From a virus (taxonomy: Duplodnaviria; Caudoviricetes), in IMG/VR virus record IMGVR_UViG_3300029305_003084: a stretch of DNA of 64,000 nt. The stretch is one strand, 5' to 3'. The position numbers and the translations under genes were made by a program. The notes under the pieces were generated by a model, which searched no databases, had not been told where the DNA came from, and saw only the letters and a list, made by a program, of their open reading frames with translations. Below, one piece after another: positions 8,132 through 24,100 of the stretch (positions are counted from its first letter, which is position 1; each line of letters begins with the position of its first letter).

Positions 8132-8630
8132 AATAGTCCTCCATAATTGTATGCTCAAAATTCTTTGTTAAATCATCTAATGTTTGTAACATGTTTGATG
8201 AATTATATAACTGTCGTATAAATACCCGAATATTTATAAATTCATTGATATTTTTATTTTTTGTATTCTTTTTTAATACAGAAATTGCATCTTTAAGAAT
8301 ACCATGTTCATCAAAAGACATGATACAATCATTATTAATATGCTCTAAACATTTCATAGTATATTGAATTTGATATTTAGTAGTTTGAATCAAATCTTCA
8401 ATATATCTTCTTTCTTTTTCTCGTACAGCAAATCCCTCTACTTCTTCAAGTAAGAGGTCACTATATCGAATCATCATTTTATTAAATTTCTTTTCAGAAC
8501 TTATTTTTTCAATATAATTATCATATAATTCTGCCTGTAAAATAAAATATTCTAATAACATTTTATTTTCAGTAATTGCTAACACTTTATCTTTTTTGTC
8601 ATATATGACATATAATTTAGGTTTAATAAT
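8124..8630 (-). CDS. Hypothetical early protein, probable ATT start
   Basis: The frame extends upstream of GTG 8585 to in-frame ATT codons just after GGAGGT; the extension LYVIYDKKDK matches paralog 1556-2062. Confidence 0.6.
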   Translation of the reverse strand: MIKPKLYVIYDKKDKVLAITENKMLLEYFILQAELYDNYIEKISSEKKFNKMMIRYSDLLLEEVEGFAVREKERRYIEDLIQTTKYQIQYTMKCLEHINNDCIMSFDEHGILKDAISVLKKNTKNKNINEFINIRVFIRQLYNSSNMLQTLDDLTKNFEHTIMEDYYG

Positions 8631-8666
8631 AATTACCTCCTCGTATATTTTTTATTCATGGAGGAT

Positions 8667-9563
8667 TTACTCATTAGGTTTTCTCTTTCGATGAACCCAC
8701 TGTTTTAAATCTTCATTATAATAACTAATATAATCTTTTTTATTAGTTACTTCTGTATTTGTATCGCCCATAGAAACATATTGATTAGTTCTCACTTTTT
8801 CAATTTCTGTAGGATTATAATGAAAATTACGTTTTAACGGAGGAGCTTTCCATGGAACATGATATTCAACTTGATTTAATTCTGTCTTAGTTTTCTTTTT
8901 ATATGGTTTTTGTAATTCAGATAAATTGATTTTACAATAATCTTGTAAATTCTCATAATTATCTTGATTTTTTCTTAATAAATTATCAACTTTTAAATAT
9001 CCTAGATTTAAATTGTATTCGGCCCATTCATTTAAAGGAATGGTTTCTCTAATATAATTATCTGCTTCTTTATATGTATAAAATACTCTATAGTGTACTA
9101 CTGGATTATTTGTTTTAATTTCATCAAATAATGCCTTTGTTTCAAATATACCAATGGCATTATTTTTTAATATTAGTACACTATAAAAACCATTTTTAGG
9201 TTTTTTAATTCTCATATAATTAAGCATACATTTTCTTCTAGGTTTATTATTATCAAATAATATATCCAATGGTTGTTTTTTATGTTCAGCATCATCATAT
9301 TTGATGAACTTATTTAATTCAATTGTATATGTGTTTTTATCATCAATATCGATAATACCATAGTCTTCTGTACTAAAATTGATGAATATATATTGAACTA
9401 ACCATCTTTGTGCTGATTCAAAATCAAAAAATGATTTCATTTGTTTTATTCTATTAAATTCTTTTAAATATTTATAAATATAGAATTGATCAACAATACC
9501 AACAGTATCGTCTGTTAATATCATAGCAAAATATTTTATTTTATTATTCATTATTAATTTCAC
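8667..9563 (-). CDS. Protein with two RNase H1 N-terminal (hybrid-binding/Cauli_VI-like) repeats
   Basis: FYSVLILKNNAIGIFETK...YRVFYTYKEADNYI and a weaker YFAM...GIV...KSFFDFESAQRWL; no RNase H catalytic domain seen. Confidence 0.5.
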   Translation of the reverse strand: MKLIMNNKIKYFAMILTDDTVGIVDQFYIYKYLKEFNRIKQMKSFFDFESAQRWLVQYIFINFSTEDYGIIDIDDKNTYTIELNKFIKYDDAEHKKQPLDILFDNNKPRRKCMLNYMRIKKPKNGFYSVLILKNNAIGIFETKALFDEIKTNNPVVHYRVFYTYKEADNYIRETIPLNEWAEYNLNLGYLKVDNLLRKNQDNYENLQDYCKINLSELQKPYKKKTKTELNQVEYHVPWKAPPLKRNFHYNPTEIEKVRTNQYVSMGDTNTEVTNKKDYISYYNEDLKQWVHRKRKPNE

Positions 9564-9623
9564 ATCCTTTAATTTATTTGTGTATATTGATATAATATAT
9601 AATTGAAATATTTTTAAATTATT

Positions 9624-9808
9624 TTATAGATATTATTTAATATATTTCTCAAAATATATTAAATAATATCTATAAGTTTTTTTAAAATGTTATATTAAAT
9701 GTCTCTAGTTTGGCTACGAGAACCATGAAATGGTTCTCGGCTTATATAAAACGCTTTCGGCTGGAGGACCAGCCTCATAATTCAATTGGGCGACGCCCAA
9801 TTGAATTA
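9624..9808. repeat. Cluster of perfect palindromes
   Basis: 24-bp arms 9624-9675; 10-bp arms 9717-9739; 15-bp arms with a 1-nt centre 9778-9808. Confidence 0.8.
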
Positions 9809-9960
9809 CCGCGTGAGCCCGATTTATTTTTTATTTCATTTTGATGACTCTAGTTCCCAATCAGGTTTAACCATTATAAAAATTATTATTTTTTTTATAA
9901 TTAGATTTTTTTTATTTTATATTCTAAAAATATATTAATGGAAACATGTTATATATTATA

Positions 9961-10405
9961 CTGAAAGAAAGCGGTTCACTTCGTTCTCCCCTTTCTTTCA
10001 TACGCCCCCCCTTACCCCCCCAGACATAGAACAAACATGGCAAAGCTCCTGAAGGGGTCAATAATAGCGGGCGATCCAGGAATTCCTTACATTGAATACC
10101 AATAGTAAAAAATACCTATGTTATGGAAACTTAATGTCAGTCAGGAGGCACTAAAAACTCTTTCAAATACAATCTTGGGTTGTCTCTTGTGATATTTTAA
10201 AATAACATACGTTATCGCCAACTCACATTTGATCTAGGTCTTATAATCAATCATATGAAATGCCTATTTGGTCGAGGCTCCTTATCTCCTTAACAACTAC
10301 CTCTACCCGTAATAACGATTGTATAGGGACTTTACCCAGAGAAAAGACTGCATATCAGTTTGACCTTGCTATCTTTCTTCTCTCCGACTAGTATTGATTT
10401 TCTTT
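9961..10405. ncRNA. Putative structured non-coding RNA or replication-origin element
   Basis: ORF-free and GC-richer, with several helices, C7-TTA-C7 at 10005-10021, and convergent early (+, 9950-9960) and late (-, 10406-10417) promoter motifs. Confidence 0.45.
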
Positions 10406-10770
10406 TATCACTATGTTATATAAATAATAAAAAATAATTATAATTTATTTTTCAATTAACAAAAAAATAATGATATTAAAATATTATGGAATGTATAATA
10501 TTATTTACAATATCAGGAGGCTATGATGAGATATTCTAGAAATTCCTTCATAGTAACAAAAACCTTCTTACCATCCGTCCAAATTTTTAATTAAAATAAA
10601 TTATTAATGAGGACATCCTTACATTCGTATGAATATTACAGTTACTTTTATATGATTATTGATTATGAACTACACCTAATTATATATGTTACCTAAACCC
10701 TCTCATATATAATTGGCATAATTTTATAATTATATAAAAGTACATTTAATCTATATTTTCTTTATAGGAA

Positions 10771-10782
10771 AACATTTACATA
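10771..10782 (+). promoter_or_regulatory. Late-type promoter AACA-N6-TA (AR9-like)
   Basis: Same motif upstream of structural and tRNA genes at 18079, 27135, 36343, 38773, 40962, 50826, 50972, 53164, 62347 (plus) and 1535, 3371, 10406, 31549, 35973 (minus). Confidence 0.75.
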
Positions 10783-10817
10783 AATAAATTTCGAATATAG
10801 AATGAGGTGAGATATTC

Positions 10818-16251
<5,434 letters not shown>

Positions 16252-16411
16252 ACTAATTTTCAATTATATATTATAGTAGTAGAAGAGAGAGAATTATATA
16301 AATCATATTGAGATATATGTGACAACAGAGTCCATATATCTCAATATGATAATTTTATTTTTAACTACACAGTTATATAACTAATTAAATTAGATAGGAG
16401 TTGATAAAAAA

Positions 16412-16939
16412 ATGACATTAGAGGAACAAAATGAATTAATTGAGAAAAACCTTCCTCTAGTATATTATTGTGTCAATAAATTCTATCCTACATATAAATT
16501 TGATGAAGATGTAATTTCTTGTGGTAACATAGGACTAGTAAATGCTGCAAGAACTTTTAATATATCTTCAAATATCAAATTTAGTACATATGCTGTGACA
16601 TGTATTAAAAATGAAATTTCAACGTATTTTCGTAGAGAATCAAAACATAAAGATGAATTATCATTAAATAACTTAGTTACTGATGTCAATTCTGATGATT
16701 ATTTGGAATTTATTGATTTAATTAAAGTTGAAGATAGTCATTTTTCTCAGATTGAAGATCATGATTTAATTCTTTCTTTTAAAAAAGTGTTAAATGAAAA
16801 GGAATTCACATATTTTATTTTATATAATATTGCAGGTTTAAATCAACGTGAAATTGGAGATTTATTTGGAATAAGTCGAGCATATGTTAATTTTATAATT
16901 AAAAATGCAAATAAAAAACTACAAGGATTTATTAAGTAA
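16412..16939 (+). CDS. Sigma-70 family factor, sporulation SigK/SigE-like
   Basis: LIEKNLPLV, GNIGLVNAARTFN, KFSTYAVTCIKNEI and NQREIGDLFGISRAYV; early promoter at 16265-16275. Confidence 0.85.
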   Translation: MTLEEQNELIEKNLPLVYYCVNKFYPTYKFDEDVISCGNIGLVNAARTFNISSNIKFSTYAVTCIKNEISTYFRRESKHKDELSLNNLVTDVNSDDYLEFIDLIKVEDSHFSQIEDHDLILSFKKVLNEKEFTYFILYNIAGLNQREIGDLFGISRAYVNFIIKNANKKLQGFIK

Positions 16940-16978
16940 AACTTTATTGAATGATATACATCTTAGTAATATAAAGGA

Positions 16979-17212
16979 ATGATGACTACTATGAGGATTA
17001 GTGGAGAAGCCAGTTTAAAGTTTAATGAGGAAGGAATGAAATTAGAAGTGAAAAATCTTAATATTAATAATTTTTGCATTGACAATGTATTTAAATACAT
17101 TGATAAGAAACATAAAAAGCTTATGAAGAAAGCTGAAAAAAATGAAACACGAGAAATCGCAAAAGAATCATCTAACAATGATGATATGTATGTGATTGAA
17201 ATTAATGTATAA
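16979..17212 (+). CDS. Hypothetical protein
   Basis: 77-aa ORF in operon context. Confidence 0.5.
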   Translation: MMTTMRISGEASLKFNEEGMKLEVKNLNINNFCIDNVFKYIDKKHKKLMKKAEKNETREIAKESSNNDDMYVIEINV

Positions 17213-17297
17213 TATTATATTATACGATAAACTATAAGATAAAGCGTATATAAATGCTTTATTATATAATCTATTAATTTTATGGAGGTAACAACAT

Positions 17298-17855
17298 ATG
17301 AGCATGAAGACTCTAGACGAAGTTCTAAAGGAAATTGAGGAAAGTGTATCTGTTTCTAAGTCTGGTAAGATTAAGAAGACTTTTAGCAGAGCAGATTATG
17401 ATCGTGTTCTGAAGACCCTAATGAATACTCCTGAATACAAGGCAGTATATTGCTCTACTAAGAATGGTGAGCTTGTAAAGACTGAGGTCGAAATCGTTAA
17501 GAAGATGAGAGACTCTCTAAAGAAGGTACTAGAAAAGGCTGGTCTGGATAAGCAGGCCGCAGATGATTTCATGAATAATCATCAGTTTACTAACGTAGAT
17601 GGTTTCTATGAAGTGTTTACTGAAGCAACTTATCTATTCATGAATGCTAATAAGAAGTTTGACTTCCCCACTCGTGAAGATTTCAAGGGTTCTATTTCTA
17701 TTAAGACTGTTGATGAATCCGTTGGTACTTTCAAGAGCATTCGTAAGCCTGGTGACAATACTCCTCCTGAAGAGTTTAAGATTAAGACTGGTAAGCATAA
17801 GGTTCTGGAGAAGAAGTCCAAGGCACCTGCATGGATCAAGAATAAGTTTAAGTAA
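17298..17855 (+). CDS. Abundant basic protein, possibly HU-like DNA-binding
   Basis: Lys-rich, biased codon usage, GGAGG SD; C-terminal half loosely resembles the HU beta-arm. Confidence 0.45.
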   Translation: MSMKTLDEVLKEIEESVSVSKSGKIKKTFSRADYDRVLKTLMNTPEYKAVYCSTKNGELVKTEVEIVKKMRDSLKKVLEKAGLDKQAADDFMNNHQFTNVDGFYEVFTEATYLFMNANKKFDFPTREDFKGSISIKTVDESVGTFKSIRKPGDNTPPEEFKIKTGKHKVLEKKSKAPAWIKNKFK

Positions 17856-18133
17856 TTAAACTTATTATTGATAAATTTATCTCGTTTGACGGATTTGTTC
17901 AAAGGGGATAATGTTCTTCATTGCAATTATCTCTGATACATGGATAATTGGTCGTAACATATGTTATGGGTTATAATGTATTTGGCTCTCCTTAGGTGTA
18001 ATAGGAAGTATGGATATTTTCCATACTTCCTATTATTTTTTTTATTTTTTTCTGCCACATCTATAAAGTCCTTCAAAAAACATTACAGTAAGAATATTCT
18101 GCATATATACTTCTGGAAAGGAGGATTACAGAT

Positions 18134-21100
18134 ATGGCGGAATTTAATAAAAATGATATTACACGAACTTCAAATTGGTTTAAAAATGTAGCAAAATCAT
18201 TAGGTTATGCTAGTTATGATGTTGTCAAAGACAAGATGCCTTTTGTTATGGCTACATTTGAAGATAATAAATCAATTATTACTGATACTAAGCAATTACT
18301 TAGATCAAATCGTGGTAGCACAACACGACTTGCAAATATTTTAGGCACAACTGCTGCTAAAAATATCGACTCATTTAAAATCGGTGGTAAGAATGCATTA
18401 GAAGATTTTAAATCTGGTAAAATTTATAATAAAGCTAGAGAAACCGAAGCTATTTTAGGTACTGGTGGATTTGACGATTTTGATGATATTTTTAGTGATG
18501 GTTATACAGATGATGATATTAGTGTAGAGATTGAGGAAACTGAATCTGATAAACCTAATATCATTATTAATTCAAATATTAATGAAAATAACCCTATGGT
18601 AACTGCAATCAAGGGTCAAAGTGATCTGATTTTAGAAACTGCTAAGGTTACAAGTAAACAAAATGCTATCATAGCAGATGTTCAGTTAAAATCAATGAGT
18701 AACTTTGTACAGCAGTTACATGGTGGATTAACTACAATAAATGAAAATGTATCTCGGGTTGTTGACTTTAATTCTAATCATATGACATCTTATGTAGGTG
18801 CTTCATTAAAGTTCTATGATACTCAGATTTCTTTAATGGGTGATGTCATTACTGAATTAAAGAAAATGACGGCTGTTACTGGTAAAAAAGAAGTTGATAA
18901 ATATCAAAGTCCCATTGATGATGTAATGGGTGATTATGGTGGATTTAGTCTATCTAATTATTTTAAATTAGTAAAGAAGCAACTTAATAATGCATTAGAT
19001 GGTACTATGTTTGGTGGTACACTAAAAACTATGTTTGGTACTGAAGATGCATTCTTAGAATTAGTTAATAATCCGTTAGCAATCATTCCAAAAACTGTTA
19101 TTAGTAAAATGATTCCTGAAATGACTTCAAAGATTATGGAATCATTTAATAAGAGTTTTGAAAATTTTATTCCCTTATTCTTTGATAGAATTTATCAATG
19201 GGGTGAAAATAAGAATGATCCATCAGGTATTGCTAGTTTCATTGGCCGTACATTAGGTGTTAATACATCAGTATATACATCTATCGATCCTGGTAAATAT
19301 GAAAAAGGTGCAATACCCTTTGATGGCGTTACAAAAAAAGCAATTACTAATGTAATTCCTACATATTTAAGAAAAATATTAGCTCATTTAACAGGTCATG
19401 ATGAATTAGTATACAATTCAGATAATGGTAAATGGACAACATTAGCAACTGTTAAAAAAGATTTTAATAAGGAAATGAATCGAATTGCCACTAGAGAATA
19501 TAGTGATATATATGATCTAGAATCTAGGGTATCTAAGCTTAATTTAGATTATGATGAACAGGCAAGATTCAATGAATCTATTAGAAACTTTTTTGCGGGA
19601 TTATCAAAATCAAATGTTGGATTTAATCCTAATGCAAAATCTGGTGATGCTAACGATTTAATTGAAATGTATTTTAAGGATAATAGTGATGTTACTGATC
19701 ATCAAATGGCTGAAATGTTCCGTAAGATGATCAAATCATTACCTAAATCCGCTCAAATGAGAATTGCTAGAGAGCAATTGTCTGGTAGAGTTAGTGTTCG
19801 AAATTGGGTAAATGAAAAAGAAGCTAATCCTGATACGTTGAGCGATATTGTTAGCTCTGGTATAATGGATGATTCATTATACAAAGCAAAATCTCAAATT
19901 GAAGCAAATAATGCTGTAAGAGGTAATGCTGGTCGCAATAGAACTGATGCACGTAGTTTATCTGACTATGGTGAATATACTCAAGATCAAATTAATGAAT
20001 TATTAAATGGTACTTCTCCAACGCAATCTGATAGCAATCGAACTGGATTTAGAAAATTTATTGAAGAAAAGTTTGGAAAATTAACAAATGCTGTTAATAA
20101 TGTACTGATAAAAGGTGATAACGCATTATATAGAATTATTTTTGGTAAAGAAACCACTGATGATATTGATACTGATGGATCATTTGTTGGTACATTAATG
20201 TCAGGTATTCATAAATCGTTTAATAAATTTTTTAATTGGTTTGAAAAAGGATTTAATAAAATTTCAGATAGATTAGTCGGTGACAATGGTCTAATTACTA
20301 AATTAGAACAAACCGAATTTATGAAAAAACTCAAATCTGGAGCTACCAAAACTAAAGACTATTTATTTGGTTCTAAGGATGAAAACGGTAATTATCATGG
20401 TGGTTTGTTATCAGATGTTGGTAATGAACTATCTAATATGAAAAATAGTGTTAAAAATTATATAATGGGACCAGATAATGAAAATAGTGTTCTTAATAAT
20501 ATAAAAAATATGTTTGGATCATTTAGAACATCAGTAAATGATTTTCTATTTGGCGAAAATGGTGTTGATGGTGCCAAGGATAAAGCTAAAGGTGTTCTTA
20601 GTGATTTCAGTGATTCATTAAGAGATGGTTTCCAATCTTTTGCTAATGCATTTTTTGGCACTACGGATAAATTAAAAGATGGTAAGTTACAGAATAAAGT
20701 AAATATTGATGAGCTGACATCTAAATTAAAGGATTTTGCACCTAAAGGTATTGCTGGTGGTATTGTCGGTGGTGGCTTAGGTTTAATTGCAAGTGCTGGT
20801 GGATTTGGATTATTAGGTTCATTATTCTTAGGGCCTATGTCTGGTGTTGTATTAGGTGTAGGTGCTAGTTTATTATCTCGATCTGAACGATTTAAAAATA
20901 TGCTTTTTGGTGAGCATGATGAAAATGGTGAACGTACTGGTGGATTTATTAGTAAATCAGTTCAGAATTTCTTTAGAGATAACAAAAATTATTTAATTGG
21001 TGGTGCTGCATTAGGTACTGCAAGTGGTATTTTAGGTGGATTAGGTGTGTTGCCTGCATTAGTTGCAGGAGGTCCTATCACCGGTGCCATTTTTGGTCTA

Positions 21101-24100
21101 GGTGCAGCAATGTTACGAAAGAGTGAGTCTTTCCAATCATTTATGTTTGGTGACTTAGATGATGACGGTAAACGTAGAGGTGGTCTAATCACTAAATTAA
21201 CAAATGCTGTTAATAGTGATCAGGCTATGAAAAAACTTGGTCATGCTGGTGCTGGTGCTATTATTGGTGGTATTGGTGGAGCAACATTGGGTTCTTTTGG
21301 TTTACTAGGTTCATTATCACTAGGCCCATTAGGTGGTGCTATTGTTGGTGCTGGTGCTGGTATTGCATTAGCTGCTGATAAATGGAAAGAAAAAATCTTT
21401 GGTAAATTTGATGAAGATGGTAATCGTACTGAGGCTGGTTTATTAAGTAAACTAGCAGTTATGACATCAGTAAATGTATTACAACCATTAAAATATAAAA
21501 CTATGGAATGGCGATTTGGTGTTGAAAATTGGTTTGAACAAAAAATCGCTTTACCTATTATTGAAGCAGTTGATCCTATTAAGGAAGAATTTCATAGGAT
21601 TGGTAATAAATTAGTAGATTTTGTTGGTGGTGTCGCTGAGACATTCCATATTCCTGATATTGCAAATGGTTTAAAAAATAATTTATTTGTTCCAGTTGCA
21701 AATTCTGTTAAGAAAGTAGCTAATACTGCAGTTGATGGTATTGGTAAAGTAACTGGTTGGGTTTTACAAAAACCTGCTGAATTAGTATCTATGGTCGTTG
21801 ATAGAATCATTGTACCTAAGCATATGCGTGATGGTTTACGTGATGCTAGAAAAATGATTCTAAAAAATATTGCAGATTCTAAACCTGGTCAGATGGTTAC
21901 TAAAACTGTAACAACAGTTGGTAATTTTACTAAAGGTGTAATTAGTGGTGTTGGTGACTTTGCTAAAACTATTATTAAAGGGACATTTAGTTTCCTTGGT
22001 AAAGGTTTATTAGCAGTTGTTAAAGCACCTTTCCAAGCAATTTCTCTACCAATTAAAACAATTGGTAAGCTTGGTGATATGTTAAGTAACCGTAATGTGA
22101 ATTACGGTAGTCAAGAAACATTACATGATATTAGAAGTGGAAACCGAGGATTTCTTGGTTCCATTGGAGATTTAGCTCAAACATTTAATCCTTTCTCTAA
22201 TATTAGAGCATCAGCTAAATATCAAGGTGTTGACATGGATGCTTTAAGAGAAAGAGCTATTAAAGAGAAATTCACTGATAAGGATGGGAATATTATTCCT
22301 CATAGTGAAAAAGATCTTGATAAAGAAGTTAGACGACTAGCTAGAAAATATCCTGGTGGTGCAAGTTATCAAGAGGATAGAAATCGTAAGTCTAGTGAGT
22401 ATAGAAATAAGATTAGTGATAGAGCTAAAAAAAGAAGAGAAATTCTTGAAGATTATAAGAATAGAATTCAGAAAAATCAAGAATTTGCATCAGGTCTTGG
22501 ATATAATCTACTAAGTGATGAAGATAAAGCTTCAGTTTCACTTAAAGATTTAAATAAAATTGAAGATAGTGTATACAGAAAAGTATATGGTAAAGATTAT
22601 AAAAATAAATCTAAATTTGAACAAGATAGATTTAAGAGTCAACAAGCATCAGAAAATGCAACCATTAAGATGGCTGGTGCTGTAGAAGATATTCGTAATG
22701 CATTATTAGGACAAGGTGCTAAAGTCAATGTAGTTAATGATAGTTCTGATAATATTTCAGATAATCCTATTACAGACTCCATGAGTTCTAGTAGTGATAG
22801 TTTAATTGATTTAGATAATAATACTAATAAAAGTGGTGCATTGGCCAGATTAACTTCTAGAAGTGAATCTGATCAATATTATAAAAATTATTTAACTGAT
22901 GGTGTTACTTGGGCAGAACAGAAACAAGAACGAGAAGCCGAAGAACAAGAAAAGGGTCGTCAAAATATTTTCCAAAAGATTCTTGGTTCATTAGAACATG
23001 GTAATGAAACCCGTGATAAATCTGCATTTGATTGGGGTAAGATTTTTAGTAAAACCGGTCTAATTACTGCAGGCTTACTTGCAGCATTGCCTTTTATTTT
23101 AAACTTCTTCAAAGATCCTTCAGGTGCATTATCTGGATTAGTTAATGGTCTTGGTGGTTTTATATTAGAATCATTTGGATTAAAGGATAATGATGGTAAT
23201 AGAACTGACAGTTCCGGTAATACTCAAGTAAATAATAACATGGTTGAATCTGGAGTTCGTGGCGGTGGTCAAATTGCAAGTGTTGGTTCAAGAGCAACTG
23301 CAACAGGCATTAATGCTGCTATGAAAGCTGCAGAAAAAATAAGAAATCATACAAGTAATTTATATAATAATGTAACTAAAAATAGACAAACTGCATCTAA
23401 TATTGTAGATGATACATTAGCATTAGGTGCTGGTACTACTGATGAACAAGCTAAAGGCATTACTAAATTTATGCAGTTATTAAAAACATTACCTAGTAAA
23501 TTTGCTAGTTTTGTTGAGAGTAAATTTTCAAAAGTTAAATCTAGTAGTGCTATTACTAAAATTGTCAATTTAATAGATAACGCTGCTGCTAAGATAACTG
23601 CAAAAACATTACAGGGAAATTATTCTAGAATAGCTCGTGCGTTAAGTTATGCTGTACCTGGACTTAATATTGTTGCAGGTGCACTAGATATTGGCTTTGT
23701 GACATATGGTATTATTAGTGGTGGTACTAAATCTGAAACAGCAAACTTATTCCATGTTGCTCAAAAAGATGTAACCGCAGGTATGCGTACTGTTAGTGCT
23801 GGTTTAAAAGGTATGTTAAATTATAGCTGGGCGTTTGCATTTGCAATTGTTTGTGATTTAGCATATGAGATGACTGGATATGATTTACTACATAATATTG
23901 CTGTAATCATTTATAAATATTTATTACCTAATACTGATGATTCTAAACTAGATTCTAAAATTAGTGGTTTTAGAACAGAATATGACCAGTATACATTAAA
24001 AGAGCAGATTAAAAAAGGTAATGTAACATACGATGAAAATGGTAATGCTCAATATACTGAAGGTGCACAAATAGAATCTTTTGATTCTTTTAACGATAGA

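Noticed and set aside
17860-18040. Possible small structured RNA after the HU-like gene, and ORF 17961-18191
   Set aside because: Only the terminal terminator hairpin is clear; the ORF spans the terminator and lacks an SD.
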